From Candidatus Campbellbacteria bacterium (GTDB lineage Bacteria > Patescibacteriota > Minisyncoccia > Phycocordibacterales > EsbW-18), in the NCBI GenBank assembly GCA_024653945.1, contig JANLIT010000004.1:13281-77280 (forward strand): a DNA stretch of 64,000 nucleotides. Direction: 5' to 3'. The notes below the pieces were generated by a model, which ran no database searches, was not told the origin of the DNA, and worked only from the letters and a program-made list of their open reading frames with translations. Each line of letters starts with the position of its first letter. Position 1 is the stretch's first letter. The translations under genes and the position numbers were made by a program. Of this stretch, positions 19,307 to 30,548 are shown one piece after another.

Positions 19307-21094
19307 CTACTCTTTAACCATTTTGAGGAACACATCGTGGGGAATGTTTACTTTTGCGTTTTTAAGCATTTTCTTCTTTCCTCTCTTTTGTTTTTCTAAG
19401 AGTTTCATTTTTCGCGTAATATCACCTCCATACAAATATCCAGTCACGTCTTTTCGCATGGCCTTCAAACTATCTGAGGCAACAATACGCCCCTTGGCAC
19501 GCGCCTGAATCTTTGTCACAAATAATTGTCGTGGAAGAGCTGATGCAAGTTTTTCTACCGCCTTGCGGGCTTCTTCCTCGAGAGTTCTGTGTGATACAAC
19601 GCGTGAAAATGCTGTTACCACTTCGTCCGCAACAAGAATATCCAGACGGACCACATCCGCGTCTTTCATTTCGGTCAATTCATATGACAGAGATGCGTAG
19701 CCCGCCGTCACACTTTTTACCGCATCAAAAAATCCACGCATTAATTCACGTAGTGGCATCGCAAGAGAAAGCGATACACGTCCATCACGAAATGTTTTTG
19801 AATCCTCCAACGAAGCCTCGTGGTCATACAGTAATTGCATGAGAGCATTCATATATGCCGATGGTGTAATGAGGTGCACAGCAACCCACGGCTCACGTAT
19901 TCGTGTTGCTGTGCCATGGTCTGGAAAAAGAGCTGGAGAATAAATCATTTCTGTTTCACCATTTTTGTAGGTAACTTCATACGTAATTGATGGCGTGGTC
20001 ACAATCATTGAAAGATTGGACTCTCGGCGCAATCGTTCGGTCACAATTTCAAGATGAAGCATTCCCAAAAAACCACAACGAAATCCGCGACCAAGTGTTC
20101 CTGATGCTTCCTCTTCATATGAAAGAGACGAGTCAGAAAGACGCAAACGTTCAAGTGCTTGTCGCAGTAGTGTGAAGTCATCTTGTCCTTCAGGAAAAAT
20201 ACTTGCCCACACAACTGGCTTTGGTTGTTGATATCCAGGGAGGGCTTCTGCTGGATCTTTTGGTTTAGTGAGTGTGTCACCAACAGATGCAATACCTGGT
20301 TTTTTAATACCCGTCACGATGTATCCAATCTCACCAGGACCGAGAGATTCCATGAGATGCTCTTGTGGTGTGAACACACCAACCTCTCCTGCGAAACATT
20401 CCTCACCCGCGGCAACAAAAGAGAGTCTGTCTTTGCCGGACACACTTCCGTTTACAATACGGGTATGCACAATAATTCCGCGATGGTTTGAATACGTAAA
20501 ATCAAAAACAAGCGCTTGTAACTTTTCACCTGTTGGTTCTTTTGGTGGTGGAATACGTCGTACTATTTCTTCCAATAATTCGGCGACACCCTCTCCTGTT
20601 CGTCCTGACACTTTCATAATAGTGTTGGGGTCACAGGTAAGTATTTCAATAATTTCCAATGCAACATCCTCAATACGTGCAAGGGGTGAATCAATTTTTG
20701 AAAGCACTGGAATTATGGTAAGACCTTGTTCGCGCGCCATAGCAAGTGTGGTAAGTGTTTGTGCCTGCACTCCTTGTGTTGCGTCAACAAGTAACAGTGT
20801 TCCTTCAACGGCCTTGAGGGCGCGCGATACCTCATATGAGAAATCTATATGTCCAGGTGTGTCAATGAGGTTAAGAACGTGCTTCTCCCCCCCTGTGCTG
20901 AAATCCATGCGTACAGGGGCCATTTTGATGGTAATACCGCGCTCACGCTCCAAATCCATTGAATCAAGCACCTGCTCGCGCATTTTTCGTTTCTCTATGG
21001 TATGTGTCACCTCAAGCATGCGGTCAGCCAATGTGGACTTACCGTGATCAATGTGGGCGATAATACTAAAATTTCTAATGAGTCGTGATGGCAT
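19307..21094 (-). CDS. lepA: Elongation factor 4
   Basis: RNFSIIAHIDHGKSTLADR, GFRCGFLGMLH, KLLEKQKRGKKKM. Confidence 0.97.
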   Translation of the reverse strand: MPSRLIRNFSIIAHIDHGKSTLADRMLEVTHTIEKRKMREQVLDSMDLERERGITIKMAPVRMDFSTGGEKHVLNLIDTPGHIDFSYEVSRALKAVEGTLLLVDATQGVQAQTLTTLAMAREQGLTIIPVLSKIDSPLARIEDVALEIIEILTCDPNTIMKVSGRTGEGVAELLEEIVRRIPPPKEPTGEKLQALVFDFTYSNHRGIIVHTRIVNGSVSGKDRLSFVAAGEECFAGEVGVFTPQEHLMESLGPGEIGYIVTGIKKPGIASVGDTLTKPKDPAEALPGYQQPKPVVWASIFPEGQDDFTLLRQALERLRLSDSSLSYEEEASGTLGRGFRCGFLGMLHLEIVTERLRRESNLSMIVTTPSITYEVTYKNGETEMIYSPALFPDHGTATRIREPWVAVHLITPSAYMNALMQLLYDHEASLEDSKTFRDGRVSLSLAMPLRELMRGFFDAVKSVTAGYASLSYELTEMKDADVVRLDILVADEVVTAFSRVVSHRTLEEEARKAVEKLASALPRQLFVTKIQARAKGRIVASDSLKAMRKDVTGYLYGGDITRKMKLLEKQKRGKKKMLKNAKVNIPHDVFLKMVKE

Positions 21095-21137
21095 AGTAGG
21101 TCAATCCTACCAGAAAAACAGCGTTGTGAAAGGAGTA

Positions 21138-22814
21138 CTACAATTCTTCTGGACTTGGTGCAATAGGTTTTGTGCGCCAGAATTTAACATGGACTGTTTG
21201 CCACATCTCTGCAAGCTCGTTATTTTTTAGACCAATGAGCACCAAAACACCCGCGGCCACTCCAACAATACCCGCACTTACTCCGTGCACAAGAACTCCA
21301 GCGAACGAATCAAGATTTATAAAAGGTTCAAGCACATGTAGGGTCATATACGCACCCGCTCCAGCGATTATTGAAGCAGCAAAACTTTGCCAAAACGTTT
21401 TATACATACTAGAAGGAAGGTGGCCACCGAAATCGTGTCTGAAAAGTAACCAGAAAGCGGTCGCATTGCACATCATGCCAACGGTATATCCAAATGAAAG
21501 CATAATAATAACAGCACCAGAAACATCGCTGATACGAAAGAGTGATTCCACAAAAAACCGTACCCCTTCAAATGAACGGTAGAGCCACACACTCCCGTAC
21601 GCAGTAAGAAGTGTGAGGACCGATGTAGAAACATTAATCCAAAACGGTCGAGCCGTTTTTCCAGCAGCATAGTACCCACGAACAAAAAGTAGCACCAAAC
21701 TATGTGCAACAAGTGAGACCACAAGCATTGCCATTACTGCGGCAGTTAAACGTGTTGCTGACCAATCAAATGCACCCGATCCCAACAGAAGGCGGACGAT
21801 GTGTGCACGCAATACGATAAATAACACAGTTGCCGGGAGAGACCAAAAGAGAATGTGCCGAACAGCAACTAATAAATGATCTATAAAAACGTCTCGCTTC
21901 CCTTCTGAAAAAAGATTTACCAATGTCGGAAATGCCGCAACAGAATATGAAACACCAATAATGGTGAGTGGTGCAAGATTAATATTTAATGCAAATGTAA
22001 ATACAGCAATGGACCCTTCAGGAAAACGCGACGCCATACCAATGAGTATCATTAATATAATTTGATCGAACGCGAGAGTCATTGTCCGTGGAATAGAAAC
22101 CATAACCAATAATTTAATATCTGGCCATGAAATGGTACGTGTAAGTTTTGGCACAAGTCGCTCTTTGATAAGAGTGGGAATTTGCACACAGAGGTGGAGC
22201 ACGGCGCCAAGAACGACACCGTACGTAAGTCCTTGAATTCCAAACATCGGATACAGCACCACGACACCAACAATAATACCGATGTTATACACAAGCGGAG
22301 AAATCGCGTACACAAAAAACTTTTTTGTAATTTGAGTAACGCTCGCCACAATGTTAGAAAGACCAAGAAATATTGGAGAAAGAAGAAGAATTCGTGTCAG
22401 CATAACCAATGTGTCGTGTTGTTCTGGTGAAAATCCTGGATACAGAAAATCTGAAAGAGCTGGAATGAAAAACCACAGAACAGCACTCACGCCAACCATG
22501 AAGAATGTGAATACGGTTGTTATCTCAGAAAGAAAACGGCGAGCATCCTCCCTATCATCTATTTTTTTTGCAAGAAACGGAATAAGAACGAATAGAGACA
22601 CAAATGACGCGATGGACGCAAACACCACGTCTGGAATTCGAAAGGCGGCATAGTACACATCTAGAGTCGCGCTCGCTCCAAAGGCATGGGCCAGCAACCT
22701 ATCTCGAATAAGCCCCAGAACTTGTGATGCAAGCGAGAAAATGGCAATAGTATATGCCGCCTGGTGAAGACCCTCTATTTTTGTTGAAAAAAGTGCAAAA
22801 AACCTTTGTATCAT
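21138..22814 (-). CDS. murJ: Lipid II flippase
   Basis: LGLIRDRLLAHAFGA..LD.YYAAFRIPD; many TM helices. Confidence 0.9.
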   Translation of the reverse strand: MIQRFFALFSTKIEGLHQAAYTIAIFSLASQVLGLIRDRLLAHAFGASATLDVYYAAFRIPDVVFASIASFVSLFVLIPFLAKKIDDREDARRFLSEITTVFTFFMVGVSAVLWFFIPALSDFLYPGFSPEQHDTLVMLTRILLLSPIFLGLSNIVASVTQITKKFFVYAISPLVYNIGIIVGVVVLYPMFGIQGLTYGVVLGAVLHLCVQIPTLIKERLVPKLTRTISWPDIKLLVMVSIPRTMTLAFDQIILMILIGMASRFPEGSIAVFTFALNINLAPLTIIGVSYSVAAFPTLVNLFSEGKRDVFIDHLLVAVRHILFWSLPATVLFIVLRAHIVRLLLGSGAFDWSATRLTAAVMAMLVVSLVAHSLVLLFVRGYYAAGKTARPFWINVSTSVLTLLTAYGSVWLYRSFEGVRFFVESLFRISDVSGAVIIMLSFGYTVGMMCNATAFWLLFRHDFGGHLPSSMYKTFWQSFAASIIAGAGAYMTLHVLEPFINLDSFAGVLVHGVSAGIVGVAAGVLVLIGLKNNELAEMWQTVHVKFWRTKPIAPSPEEL

Positions 22815-22920
22815 ACTGATTTATGTTCGTCACAAATGATACCAGGTTACAGGATAAGAGTCATTGTATAAGTTGTTTATGGCACTTGCTTTTGTATAAA
22901 ACCACACGTATACTTCTGAA

Positions 22921-23400
22921 GCTTGTACAGGGCAATCGCGCCTGTGTTCTTTCACAGAGTGAGGAAAGTCCGAACATGTGCCAATTTTGCCTACCGAAGG
23001 TAGTTGTAACAATTGAGCATCCCGCCGAAACACTTTAGTGTGAAGGCGGGGCCCTATAACTTTTTGAAGTTACAATGGGACGCTTGAACGTGCAAACATC
23101 TTCGGTGGGTGAAATTAGCAGGACGGTAGTGGGTAACGCCCACCATACGCAAGTATAGAGGTACGAGCAGTGACGGTTTGTGTGGCAACGCACAAACAAT
23201 CCCTTGTGGATTATTTCGGTGGCAACATCGAAGTGAAACGGCAAAATCCTTACCTACATGCAAGGTCGTGCCATATTTTTGTTTTACAAAAACATGGAGA
23301 ACCGCAAAGACATCGTGTGTAAATACGATGCAAGATAAATGATTGTCACCAAGCGCTCGCAAGAGAGTGCTGGTACAGAATTCGGCTTACACGTACAAGT
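22921..23400 (+). ncRNA. rnpB: RNase P RNA
   Basis: GAGGAAAGTCC (~22960) and ACAGAATTCGGCTTA (~23375) P4 signatures; cttgtac/gtacaag P1 closing helix. Confidence 0.9.
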
Positions 23401-23407
23401 ACTATCA

Positions 23408-23433
23408 TAAAAACCCGCTTCACGCGGGTTTTT
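23408..23433. terminator. Intrinsic terminator
   Basis: aaaaacccgc-ttcac-gcgggttttt. Confidence 0.75.
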
Positions 23434-23443
23434 GTGTTTCTTG

Positions 23444-23893
23444 TTATTTAAATACCACCTCAAGTTGTGTTCCCTTCTCGATATGTAGTTCGTTTGATAC
23501 GCCAGCATTTACTTCGAGTACATACAGGGCTTTTTCGTTTGGTATAAAGACACTTGGATAGGTTTCTGGTGACACATTTTGTTCAAGGTGCACAACGGTG
23601 AAGTTGTTATCTAACCAAATGATATCAAGCGAAAAAAACATATCCTTCATCCAAAAACCATATACATCAGAAGTGTCAAAAACAAAAAGCATTCCTGTAT
23701 TTGGCAACAGTGATTTTCGACCACTAAGACCTTGCGTTCTTAATTCTGGTGTATCAACCACTTCAAATGCTAGTGTTTTATCGTCAATCGACACCGTTGC
23801 TATCTTCGGTGAATCTTGTGGTATACGTACAAAAAAAGCGAGAGCAATTGCCCCCATACATATACCAGCAAAAATCAACAAAACAGTTTTCAT
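23444..23893 (-). CDS. DUF192-family protein
   Basis: R.QGLSGR, GMLFVF, FWMKDM...LDIIW, YVLEVNAG. Confidence 0.88.
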   Translation of the reverse strand: MKTVLLIFAGICMGAIALAFFVRIPQDSPKIATVSIDDKTLAFEVVDTPELRTQGLSGRKSLLPNTGMLFVFDTSDVYGFWMKDMFFSLDIIWLDNNFTVVHLEQNVSPETYPSVFIPNEKALYVLEVNAGVSNELHIEKGTQLEVVFK

Positions 23894-23938
23894 ATTGCGG
23901 GCTTCGCCACGCCGAAGGTTTGCTACTGCGAACCGAAG

Positions 23939-24082
23939 GCGGGCCCACGAGGAATCGGTCACGAATCACTAAGTATTTTTGTTTCCTACGGAACCAAAAA
24001 TTCTAAGTGTTCTCGACCCCGCCTCAGCATATCTGCTTCCGGCTTTCGATTCCTCATATTAAATTACATTTTAATTATAATG
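23939..24082 (-). repeat. tRNA-Trp downstream element (anti-T-arm plus 3'-end duplicate)
   Basis: gcgggcccacgaggaatcg 23939-23957 duplicates the tRNA end; ttcgattcctc 24045-24055; shares tctcgaccccgcctc and aatcggtcacga with the Gly element. Confidence 0.85.
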
Positions 24083-24153
24083 CGGGCCCACGAGGAATCG
24101 AACCTCGATCACCGGTTTTGGAGACCGGAGTTTTACCACTAAACTATAGGCCC
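24083..24153 (-). tRNA. tRNA-Trp(CCA)
   Basis: CCGGT-CT-CCA-AA-ACCGG, GGTTCGATTCCTC. Confidence 0.95.
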
Positions 24154-24300
24154 GAAATGAGGAACAGAGAGAAGCTTGCTTACTCTTTGTCTCCGAATGA
24201 GGGCCTATATCGAGTAAGCGAAAATATAGGCCCCTATTTAGGCATTGTACCAGTTTTACTTCCCCTATGAAAACAGCCCCTGCTGGGCTGTTTTGCTTCT

Positions 24301-24468
24301 TTATTTCTTTACTTGTTTATACGCAACATGCTCCCGCAGTGTTGGGTCAAATTTCTTAAATTCAAGGCGCTCTTTATTTTGAGCCCCCTTACTCTTTTTG
24401 TTGCGACGGGTCCAATACATGTGGTCGGACTTGGTCGATTTCATTTTTACGAGTGCGTCTTGTGACAT
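24301..24468 (-). CDS. rpmG: 50S ribosomal protein L33 (Zn-free type); absent from the ORF track
   Basis: Hand translation MSQDALVKMKSTKSDHMYWTRRNKK...ERLEFKKFDPTLREHVAYKQVKK. Confidence 0.9.
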   Translation of the reverse strand: MSQDALVKMKSTKSDHMYWTRRNKKSKGAQNKERLEFKKFDPTLREHVAYKQVKK

Positions 24469-24544
24469 AGTGGAGATATACTAGCACGGGAATTAGTCAC
24501 GCGCAAACATGACTTTTTGGTACCCAGTGCGATATACTAACCTT

Positions 24545-25300
24545 ATGTCCGAGGAAAAAACCACTGAAAAAAAGATTTCCGTGCAAGATTTGCACCAAGC
24601 TGTGTCGTATATTAAAACACTCATTTTAGATGAGGAGCACTTACTTGATGATACCGAGCATCTTAAAAAGATTCTTTCACAAGCATCTGTTGGTTTTGAC
24701 GCAGAAAAAGATCATGACGTGATTGAAAAACTTCACTCCCAGCTCCACTACCTACGCACAATGGTGTACAAAGACGAGTTGACAGGAATTCTCAACAGAC
24801 GCGGTATTCATGAAGAATTTACCTCATTCTTTGAAGAGGCAAAATTTAGTGAAGAAAATAAGGGTAAAAGAACGGGAGTCACCATTCACGACTTCTCTAT
24901 TCTTTTTATTGATTTGGATAATTTCAAAAATATTAATGACACATTGGGACATGATGCGGGAGATGAAATACTAAAAAAAATTGGCTCTATACTCAAAGCC
25001 GATATGCGTGACACTGATGCAGTTGGTCGTTTTGGAGGTGAAGAGTTTGTTGTTGCCATGCTCGGTACAACAGAGGATGATGCCTATATAAAAGCTGAAA
25101 AAATAAGAGCGCACATTGAGGGAACACTTTGTCTTGAGCCTTCTGCGTGTGTAACTGCAAGTATTGGCGTCGCTTCACTCCACACCACAAAAGCAGAAAC
25201 ACTGGAGCGGTTGATAACCTTTGCCGACCAAGCTATGTACGAAGCAAAAACAAAAAGAAGTAAAAATAATGTCGTAAAATATAGTGAGTTGAAGAAATAA
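24545..25300 (+). CDS. GGDEF diguanylate cyclase
   Basis: DELTGILNRR, DLDNFK.INDT.GH, RxxD I-site, GGEEF. Confidence 0.93.
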   Translation: MSEEKTTEKKISVQDLHQAVSYIKTLILDEEHLLDDTEHLKKILSQASVGFDAEKDHDVIEKLHSQLHYLRTMVYKDELTGILNRRGIHEEFTSFFEEAKFSEENKGKRTGVTIHDFSILFIDLDNFKNINDTLGHDAGDEILKKIGSILKADMRDTDAVGRFGGEEFVVAMLGTTEDDAYIKAEKIRAHIEGTLCLEPSACVTASIGVASLHTTKAETLERLITFADQAMYEAKTKRSKNNVVKYSELKK

Positions 25301-25303
25301 GAA

Positions 25304-25486
25304 GCTGGGGAGGACCGCGAGTACGCTTTTCTCCCTCGACTAAACTTTTGCCGTCGCAAAAGTTTGTCTGGGCACCACCTCACGAAATTTTCTACTGAAA
25401 ATTTCGCTCCGGTGTTCGAATCCTCCTCTTCCAACAGCGTCAGAATGAAAAATACACCAGGCATTGCTGGTGTATTTTTCATTCTG
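25304..25486 (-). repeat. tRNA-Tyr downstream element
   Basis: gttcgaatcctcc 25414-25426 (anti-T-arm on the tRNA strand); partial 3' duplicate at 25304-25314; hairpin 25442-25485. Confidence 0.7.
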
Positions 25487-25569
25487 TGCGCCGGGGAGGA
25501 TTCGAACCTCCGTAGCCCGAAGGCGCTAGATTTACAGTCTAGTGCGATTGACCGCTCCGCCACCGACGC
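25487..25569 (-). tRNA. tRNA-Tyr(GTA)
   Basis: CTAGA-CT-GTA-AA-TCTAG, long variable arm. Confidence 0.95.
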
Positions 25570-25610
25570 ATCGAGGTATACGTTACAACAAAAAAACAGT
25601 AAACGCAAAA

Positions 25611-28328
25611 TTATGCGTGGGCTATTTCTTTATCCTTTCTTGAAATCCGTGACTTGGTAGATTTACTTGTACCTTTTTTAGTAAGAGAGAAGACAATATC
25701 CATTTCTCCATTTTCTTGTTTTTGTGCATCTACAAGAACGGCTCCACCTTGGAAAATACCCTGAGACACCATGAGCTGTGCCACGCGTGTCAAAATCTTG
25801 TCTTGAATCAAGCGCTTGAGTGGTCGTGCACCATATGTTGGGTTATATCCCTTTTCTGCCAAAAACGCCACCGCCTCAGGAGAAACTTCAAGGGTAATTT
25901 CTTTTTCAGCCAAACGTTTCTTCACAATTTCCAATTGAATAGAAACAATGTTACCAATCGCCTCTTTTGAAAGCACGTTAAACACAACCATTTCATCCAA
26001 ACGGTTCAAAAATTCTGGACGAAACTGGTCACGAAGCGCTTCCATAACTTTGTCACGAATATTTTTACTTGATTGTTCCTCTTCATCACTCGATGCAAAT
26101 CCGATGCCATGCATACGGTCAAGATACTGTGCACCGACGTTGGATGTCATAATAAGAATTGCATTTTTGAAGTTCACCGTGCGCCCCTTTGCGTCAGTGA
26201 GTCGTCCATCATCAAGAACCTGCAAAAGAATATTGAATACTTCTGGATGTGCTTTCTCAATCTCATCAAACAAGATCACACTGTACGGTCGATGACGAAT
26301 GAGTTCCGTGAGTGCGCCCCCCTCTTCATGACCAACATATCCTGGAGGCGCACCAATGACTTTTGAAACAGAGTGTTTCTCCATAAACTCGGACATGTCA
26401 ACACGAATGAGTGCCTTCTCATCATCAAACATAAATTCCGCAAGCGTCTTTGCCAATTCAGTTTTTCCAACACCTGTAGGACCCAAGAATATGAATGAAC
26501 CAATTGGTCGGTTGGGGTCTGCGATACCAGCACGTGAACGCTTTACTGCATTTGATACTTTTTCAACGGCTTCGTCTTGACCGACAACGCGTCGACGAAG
26601 CTCGTCTTCCATGCGAGACAGTTTCTGTGCCTCACCTTCTAACATTCGTGACACAGGAATACCTGTCCATCGTGACACAATTTCTGCAATGTCTGGCTCT
26701 GTCACATCCTCTTTGAGAATACGTCGTGATTTTTGAAGTCGTTTCAAACGAGCAGTTCGTGTTTCAAGCTCCTTCTCAAGTGTTGGGATGTTTCCATAAC
26801 GAATTTCTGCGGCACGAGCCAAATCGGCAGTTGCTTCGGCGGCCTCTGCATCAAGACGAGCACGCTCCATTTGTTTTTTAATTTCCTTAATTTCAGTGAT
26901 TGTTTCTTTTTCATTTTTCCACTTGAGTTCTATTTCTTCAATAGTTTCCTTAAGGTCCGCAATTTCTTTATCAATCACCTTCACTCGCCCCTTCACCTTT
27001 GCAGATTTTTCACCAACTCCAGACGCCTCGCCTTTGAGTGCTTCCTTTTCAATCTCCAACATCATTATTTTTCTGTGTGTCTCCTCCAAAATTGGTGGTT
27101 TGTTTTCAAGTGAAATACGTAATGCGGATGATGCCTCATCTATGAGGTCAACAGCTTTATCAGGCAAAAAACGGTCAGAAATGTACCGACTTGAAAGACC
27201 CACTGCAGCAATAATGGCATCGTCAGTAATTTTTACTCCGTGGAATAATTCATACTTTTCTTTTAATCCACGCAAAATAGCAACTGCATCTTCTACAGAT
27301 GGTTCATTAATAAATACTGGTTGAAAACGTCGTGTTAATGCGGGATCTTTTTCAATGTGACGTTGATATTCCTTAAAAGTTGTGGCGCCAATCGCTCGTA
27401 AATCACCGCGCGCAAGCGCCGGCTTTAACATGTTTGAGACGTCAAGCGAACCCTCTGCAGCTCCAGCACCAACAATGGTATGAATTTCGTCAATAAAGAG
27501 AACAATATTTCCGTTTGAATTTTCAATATCTTTTACGATTGCTTTGAGACGTTCTTCAAACTCTCCACGATATTTTGTTCCTGCAATAAGAGAACCGAGG
27601 TCAAGAGACACTAGATCCTTTCCCTTTAACGACTCTGGAATGTCTCCAGACGCAATTCGTTGTGCAAGTCCCTCAACAACCGCGGTTTTTCCTACTCCAG
27701 CTTCACCGATTAAAATTGGATTGTTTTTTGTACGACGAGATAAAATCTGAATAATTCGCTGAATCTCCTTATCGCGCCCAATCACGGGGTCAAGTTTATT
27801 TTCTTTTGCGAGTACGGTGAGACTTCGTGTGTATCGAGCAATCGCACGTGGTTTTTTGGGTCCGCCCTCTGCTGTTTCGGGGTTCTCACGAAGTTCTTTA
27901 AGTACGTGGAGAACTGCCTCACGAGATACTTTAAATTGTTTTAAGATTTCTTTTGACTCACCCGGACTATCAATAGCACTGATAAAAAGGTGTTCGGTAG
28001 AAACAAATTTATCTGAAAGAGATGCTGCTATTTTTAAAGAGTGCTCAAGGGCCTTCGCAAGTTCTGGAGTCAAATACATTTGGTATGCAGGTGATACTGT
28101 CTGATTGCTATCAGTTGGCTCAAGGGAATCAAGAAGTGCGTCGGTCAACGCTATCGTATCAACTTCAAGTTTGTCCAAAATTGAAGCAACCATGCTTTCT
28201 TCCTGAAGAATGAGTGAAGCGAGCAAGTGCAAAACCCCTACATTACTTTGTCCACGTTCAATGGCAAGCTCGTGGGCACGCTTAATTGCCTCCTTTGCTT
28301 TTGTTGTAAATTTTTGAAACGGGGGCAT
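25611..28328 (-). CDS. clpB: ATP-dependent chaperone ClpB
   Basis: Two AAA+ modules (GEAGVGKT; GPTGVGKT) and a long middle coiled coil. Confidence 0.93.
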   Translation of the reverse strand: MPPFQKFTTKAKEAIKRAHELAIERGQSNVGVLHLLASLILQEESMVASILDKLEVDTIALTDALLDSLEPTDSNQTVSPAYQMYLTPELAKALEHSLKIAASLSDKFVSTEHLFISAIDSPGESKEILKQFKVSREAVLHVLKELRENPETAEGGPKKPRAIARYTRSLTVLAKENKLDPVIGRDKEIQRIIQILSRRTKNNPILIGEAGVGKTAVVEGLAQRIASGDIPESLKGKDLVSLDLGSLIAGTKYRGEFEERLKAIVKDIENSNGNIVLFIDEIHTIVGAGAAEGSLDVSNMLKPALARGDLRAIGATTFKEYQRHIEKDPALTRRFQPVFINEPSVEDAVAILRGLKEKYELFHGVKITDDAIIAAVGLSSRYISDRFLPDKAVDLIDEASSALRISLENKPPILEETHRKIMMLEIEKEALKGEASGVGEKSAKVKGRVKVIDKEIADLKETIEEIELKWKNEKETITEIKEIKKQMERARLDAEAAEATADLARAAEIRYGNIPTLEKELETRTARLKRLQKSRRILKEDVTEPDIAEIVSRWTGIPVSRMLEGEAQKLSRMEDELRRRVVGQDEAVEKVSNAVKRSRAGIADPNRPIGSFIFLGPTGVGKTELAKTLAEFMFDDEKALIRVDMSEFMEKHSVSKVIGAPPGYVGHEEGGALTELIRHRPYSVILFDEIEKAHPEVFNILLQVLDDGRLTDAKGRTVNFKNAILIMTSNVGAQYLDRMHGIGFASSDEEEQSSKNIRDKVMEALRDQFRPEFLNRLDEMVVFNVLSKEAIGNIVSIQLEIVKKRLAEKEITLEVSPEAVAFLAEKGYNPTYGARPLKRLIQDKILTRVAQLMVSQGIFQGGAVLVDAQKQENGEMDIVFSLTKKGTSKSTKSRISRKDKEIAHA

Positions 28329-28401
28329 AGATTTCAGTATAATAACCTATATTTACGATATAGTCAATCCCACCCTAAACCAAGCACGCGACTCTTTTTA
28401 C

Positions 28402-29169
28402 TTACAGAGACGTTGAGAATATCGTTCTAAAGAGCCCTAATTCAGTTGGATGCACAATACCCACAATCTCGCCCCTATTGGTCATTAGAGGCGTTCCTAG
28501 GGCCATTCCTGCCGTATCAATAGTTGTCTTAATAAGCCCCATACCTGTCTGGTTTTCTGGAGTAGGAAGCGTGATGTTTGTAACAACGCCTGGAGAAATT
28601 GTAAACGATTCATTTCCGCTCAACGCAACGATGGTTTGTCCGAGTCTTAAATCAACAATAGACGCGTGTGGTGCTGGTTTGAATACAAGCACCTCACCTT
28701 CTTGTGCTGGATCAATAGTAAACGTGCTGATGCCGTCGGTACTGGTCCCCGCAATCACCTTTGTTGATACACCGTCATCACGCATGGCAAGGTAGGTTTC
28801 TTTCGATTTGAATGATGCCGAACTGGACAGCATGGTTCCTACCTCATCTGTGACAATACCAAAAGCTACAAAAGTATTTTTCGTACGACCAATTTCATAC
28901 AAACGAACAATGCTTGGACGAATGGTTTCAATGGCTTGCGCAATAAGTTCATTTTCCTGAACAACAACCGTTTTTGTAATAACTTCTTTTTCTCCCGGTA
29001 TAAATGTTTCAATTGGTTTTTCAATAATTCTATCAATAACGCGCATCACATCAACTGGAGCTTTTTCAATAAGTGATACCGTTGCAATACCCGTAGCGAT
29101 TGATGTCACAAAAGACACCAATAGTGTTAAAAGAATTATTTGCATTTTGCTGAGTGTTTCGATATCCAT
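28402..29169 (-). CDS. Membrane-anchored degenerate trypsin-like (HtrA-like) protein
   Basis: N-terminal TM, PSIVR, LRLGQTIVAL, GTPL...GEIVGI; catalytic triad not evident. Confidence 0.55.
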   Translation of the reverse strand: MDIETLSKMQIILLTLLVSFVTSIATGIATVSLIEKAPVDVMRVIDRIIEKPIETFIPGEKEVITKTVVVQENELIAQAIETIRPSIVRLYEIGRTKNTFVAFGIVTDEVGTMLSSSASFKSKETYLAMRDDGVSTKVIAGTSTDGISTFTIDPAQEGEVLVFKPAPHASIVDLRLGQTIVALSGNESFTISPGVVTNITLPTPENQTGMGLIKTTIDTAGMALGTPLMTNRGEIVGIVHPTELGLFRTIFSTSL

Positions 29170-29257
29170 ATAGAGTAGAAGTTGGAAGTTAGATGTTGGA
29201 AGAAAAATATATTTGATACTCCTAGTATAAATGATAACTGTTGTGCCGACAAGAATG

Positions 29258-30430
29258 CTATGCGAGCACGTCCACAAGAACACTTATCACATACTCAATA
29301 TCTTCACGTACTGATTCCTTGCCAAATGAAATACGTAGTACGTTATTTTTTCTCTCTGGGTCAAGTGCCGCAATAACATATGAACCCTCACCTCCTCCAG
29401 ACAAACAGGCACTTTTGGCTGATGCGGCAATACCGTGCATTGAGAGTTGCGTCACCAAAAACTCAGCTTCAATGTTGGGGAAAGAAACGCTAATATTGTT
29501 TGCAACACGATTTGTTAGGCTTCCGTGAATGCGCGCATCTGGAAACCGGGCGTGTAATTGTTCAATAGAATAGTCACGTAGCACCGTAATCCGAGCAACG
29601 GTCTCGTCCCGTTCCTGCTCACAAAGTTCAAACGCTTTTGCAAAACCAACAATTGCTGGAACGTTGGGGGTACCACCTTCATCTTTTTGAATTTTATGAA
29701 TCGTCCCGCACATACCCACGTACGGCGTTCCATGCTTTATCACAAGCGCTCCAATACCTTTTGGTCCATACATTTTGTGCGCATCAAGCGTCATCATATC
29801 CGCACCAATGTTTGGCAATACCACTGGAAGCCATAGTGGCGCCTGACTCGCGTCGGTGTGTAACACAATCTGGTTTTTTCTTCCCTTGTTTATATCTTTC
29901 AATCGCTCTGCAAGTTGCGCAATTGGTTGAATTGTTCCAATTTCATTGTTCACCAACATATTCGAAATAAAAACCGTTGTATCCTTAATAAGTGCGAGTG
30001 TTCTATCAACATCAAGAATGCCGTCAGTAGTAACTGGTGCATAGGAAACAGACACACCGCGACGTGAAAGTAACTCTGCACACGAACGAACGGAGGAATG
30101 TTCGATGCTCCCCACGATGCAATGCATGTCAGACAAAAGCATACCCTTGTCTTGTAGTGCGTTCAGTACTCCCATGATAGCCCTCATATTTCCATCACTT
30201 CCACTATGCGTAAAACGAACTTCATCTGCAGTAACTCCCACATACGTTGCTATGCGGGAACGTGCATCTTCAACGACACGTCGCGCTTCCATACCAAACG
30301 CGTGTGGAGAGCGCGGATTCGCGAATACATCGGTCTCATACAAATGCATGACTTCCGCCACACGCGGGTCAAGTGGAGTTGTCGCCGCATAATCAAGATA
30401 CACACGAGGTCGAGTTGTTTTTGGGCGCAT
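29258..30430 (-). CDS. Cysteine desulfurase (NifS/IscS family)
   Basis: YLDYAATTP, IEHSSV, NNEIGTIQP, HKMYGPKG, SAC; start uncertain. Confidence 0.92.
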   Translation of the reverse strand: MRPKTTRPRVYLDYAATTPLDPRVAEVMHLYETDVFANPRSPHAFGMEARRVVEDARSRIATYVGVTADEVRFTHSGSDGNMRAIMGVLNALQDKGMLLSDMHCIVGSIEHSSVRSCAELLSRRGVSVSYAPVTTDGILDVDRTLALIKDTTVFISNMLVNNEIGTIQPIAQLAERLKDINKGRKNQIVLHTDASQAPLWLPVVLPNIGADMMTLDAHKMYGPKGIGALVIKHGTPYVGMCGTIHKIQKDEGGTPNVPAIVGFAKAFELCEQERDETVARITVLRDYSIEQLHARFPDARIHGSLTNRVANNISVSFPNIEAEFLVTQLSMHGIAASAKSACLSGGGEGSYVIAALDPERKNNVLRISFGKESVREDIEYVISVLVDVLA

Positions 30431-30548
30431 GTTGGACATACTCATATCTCTCATACTACGCCGATGATGCTCACACGGCATCCTTTCATACTCTACAAAA
30501 ACATTGTATAATACACGCACCGCGTCGAAAGACGCTTTTTCTATCCTT

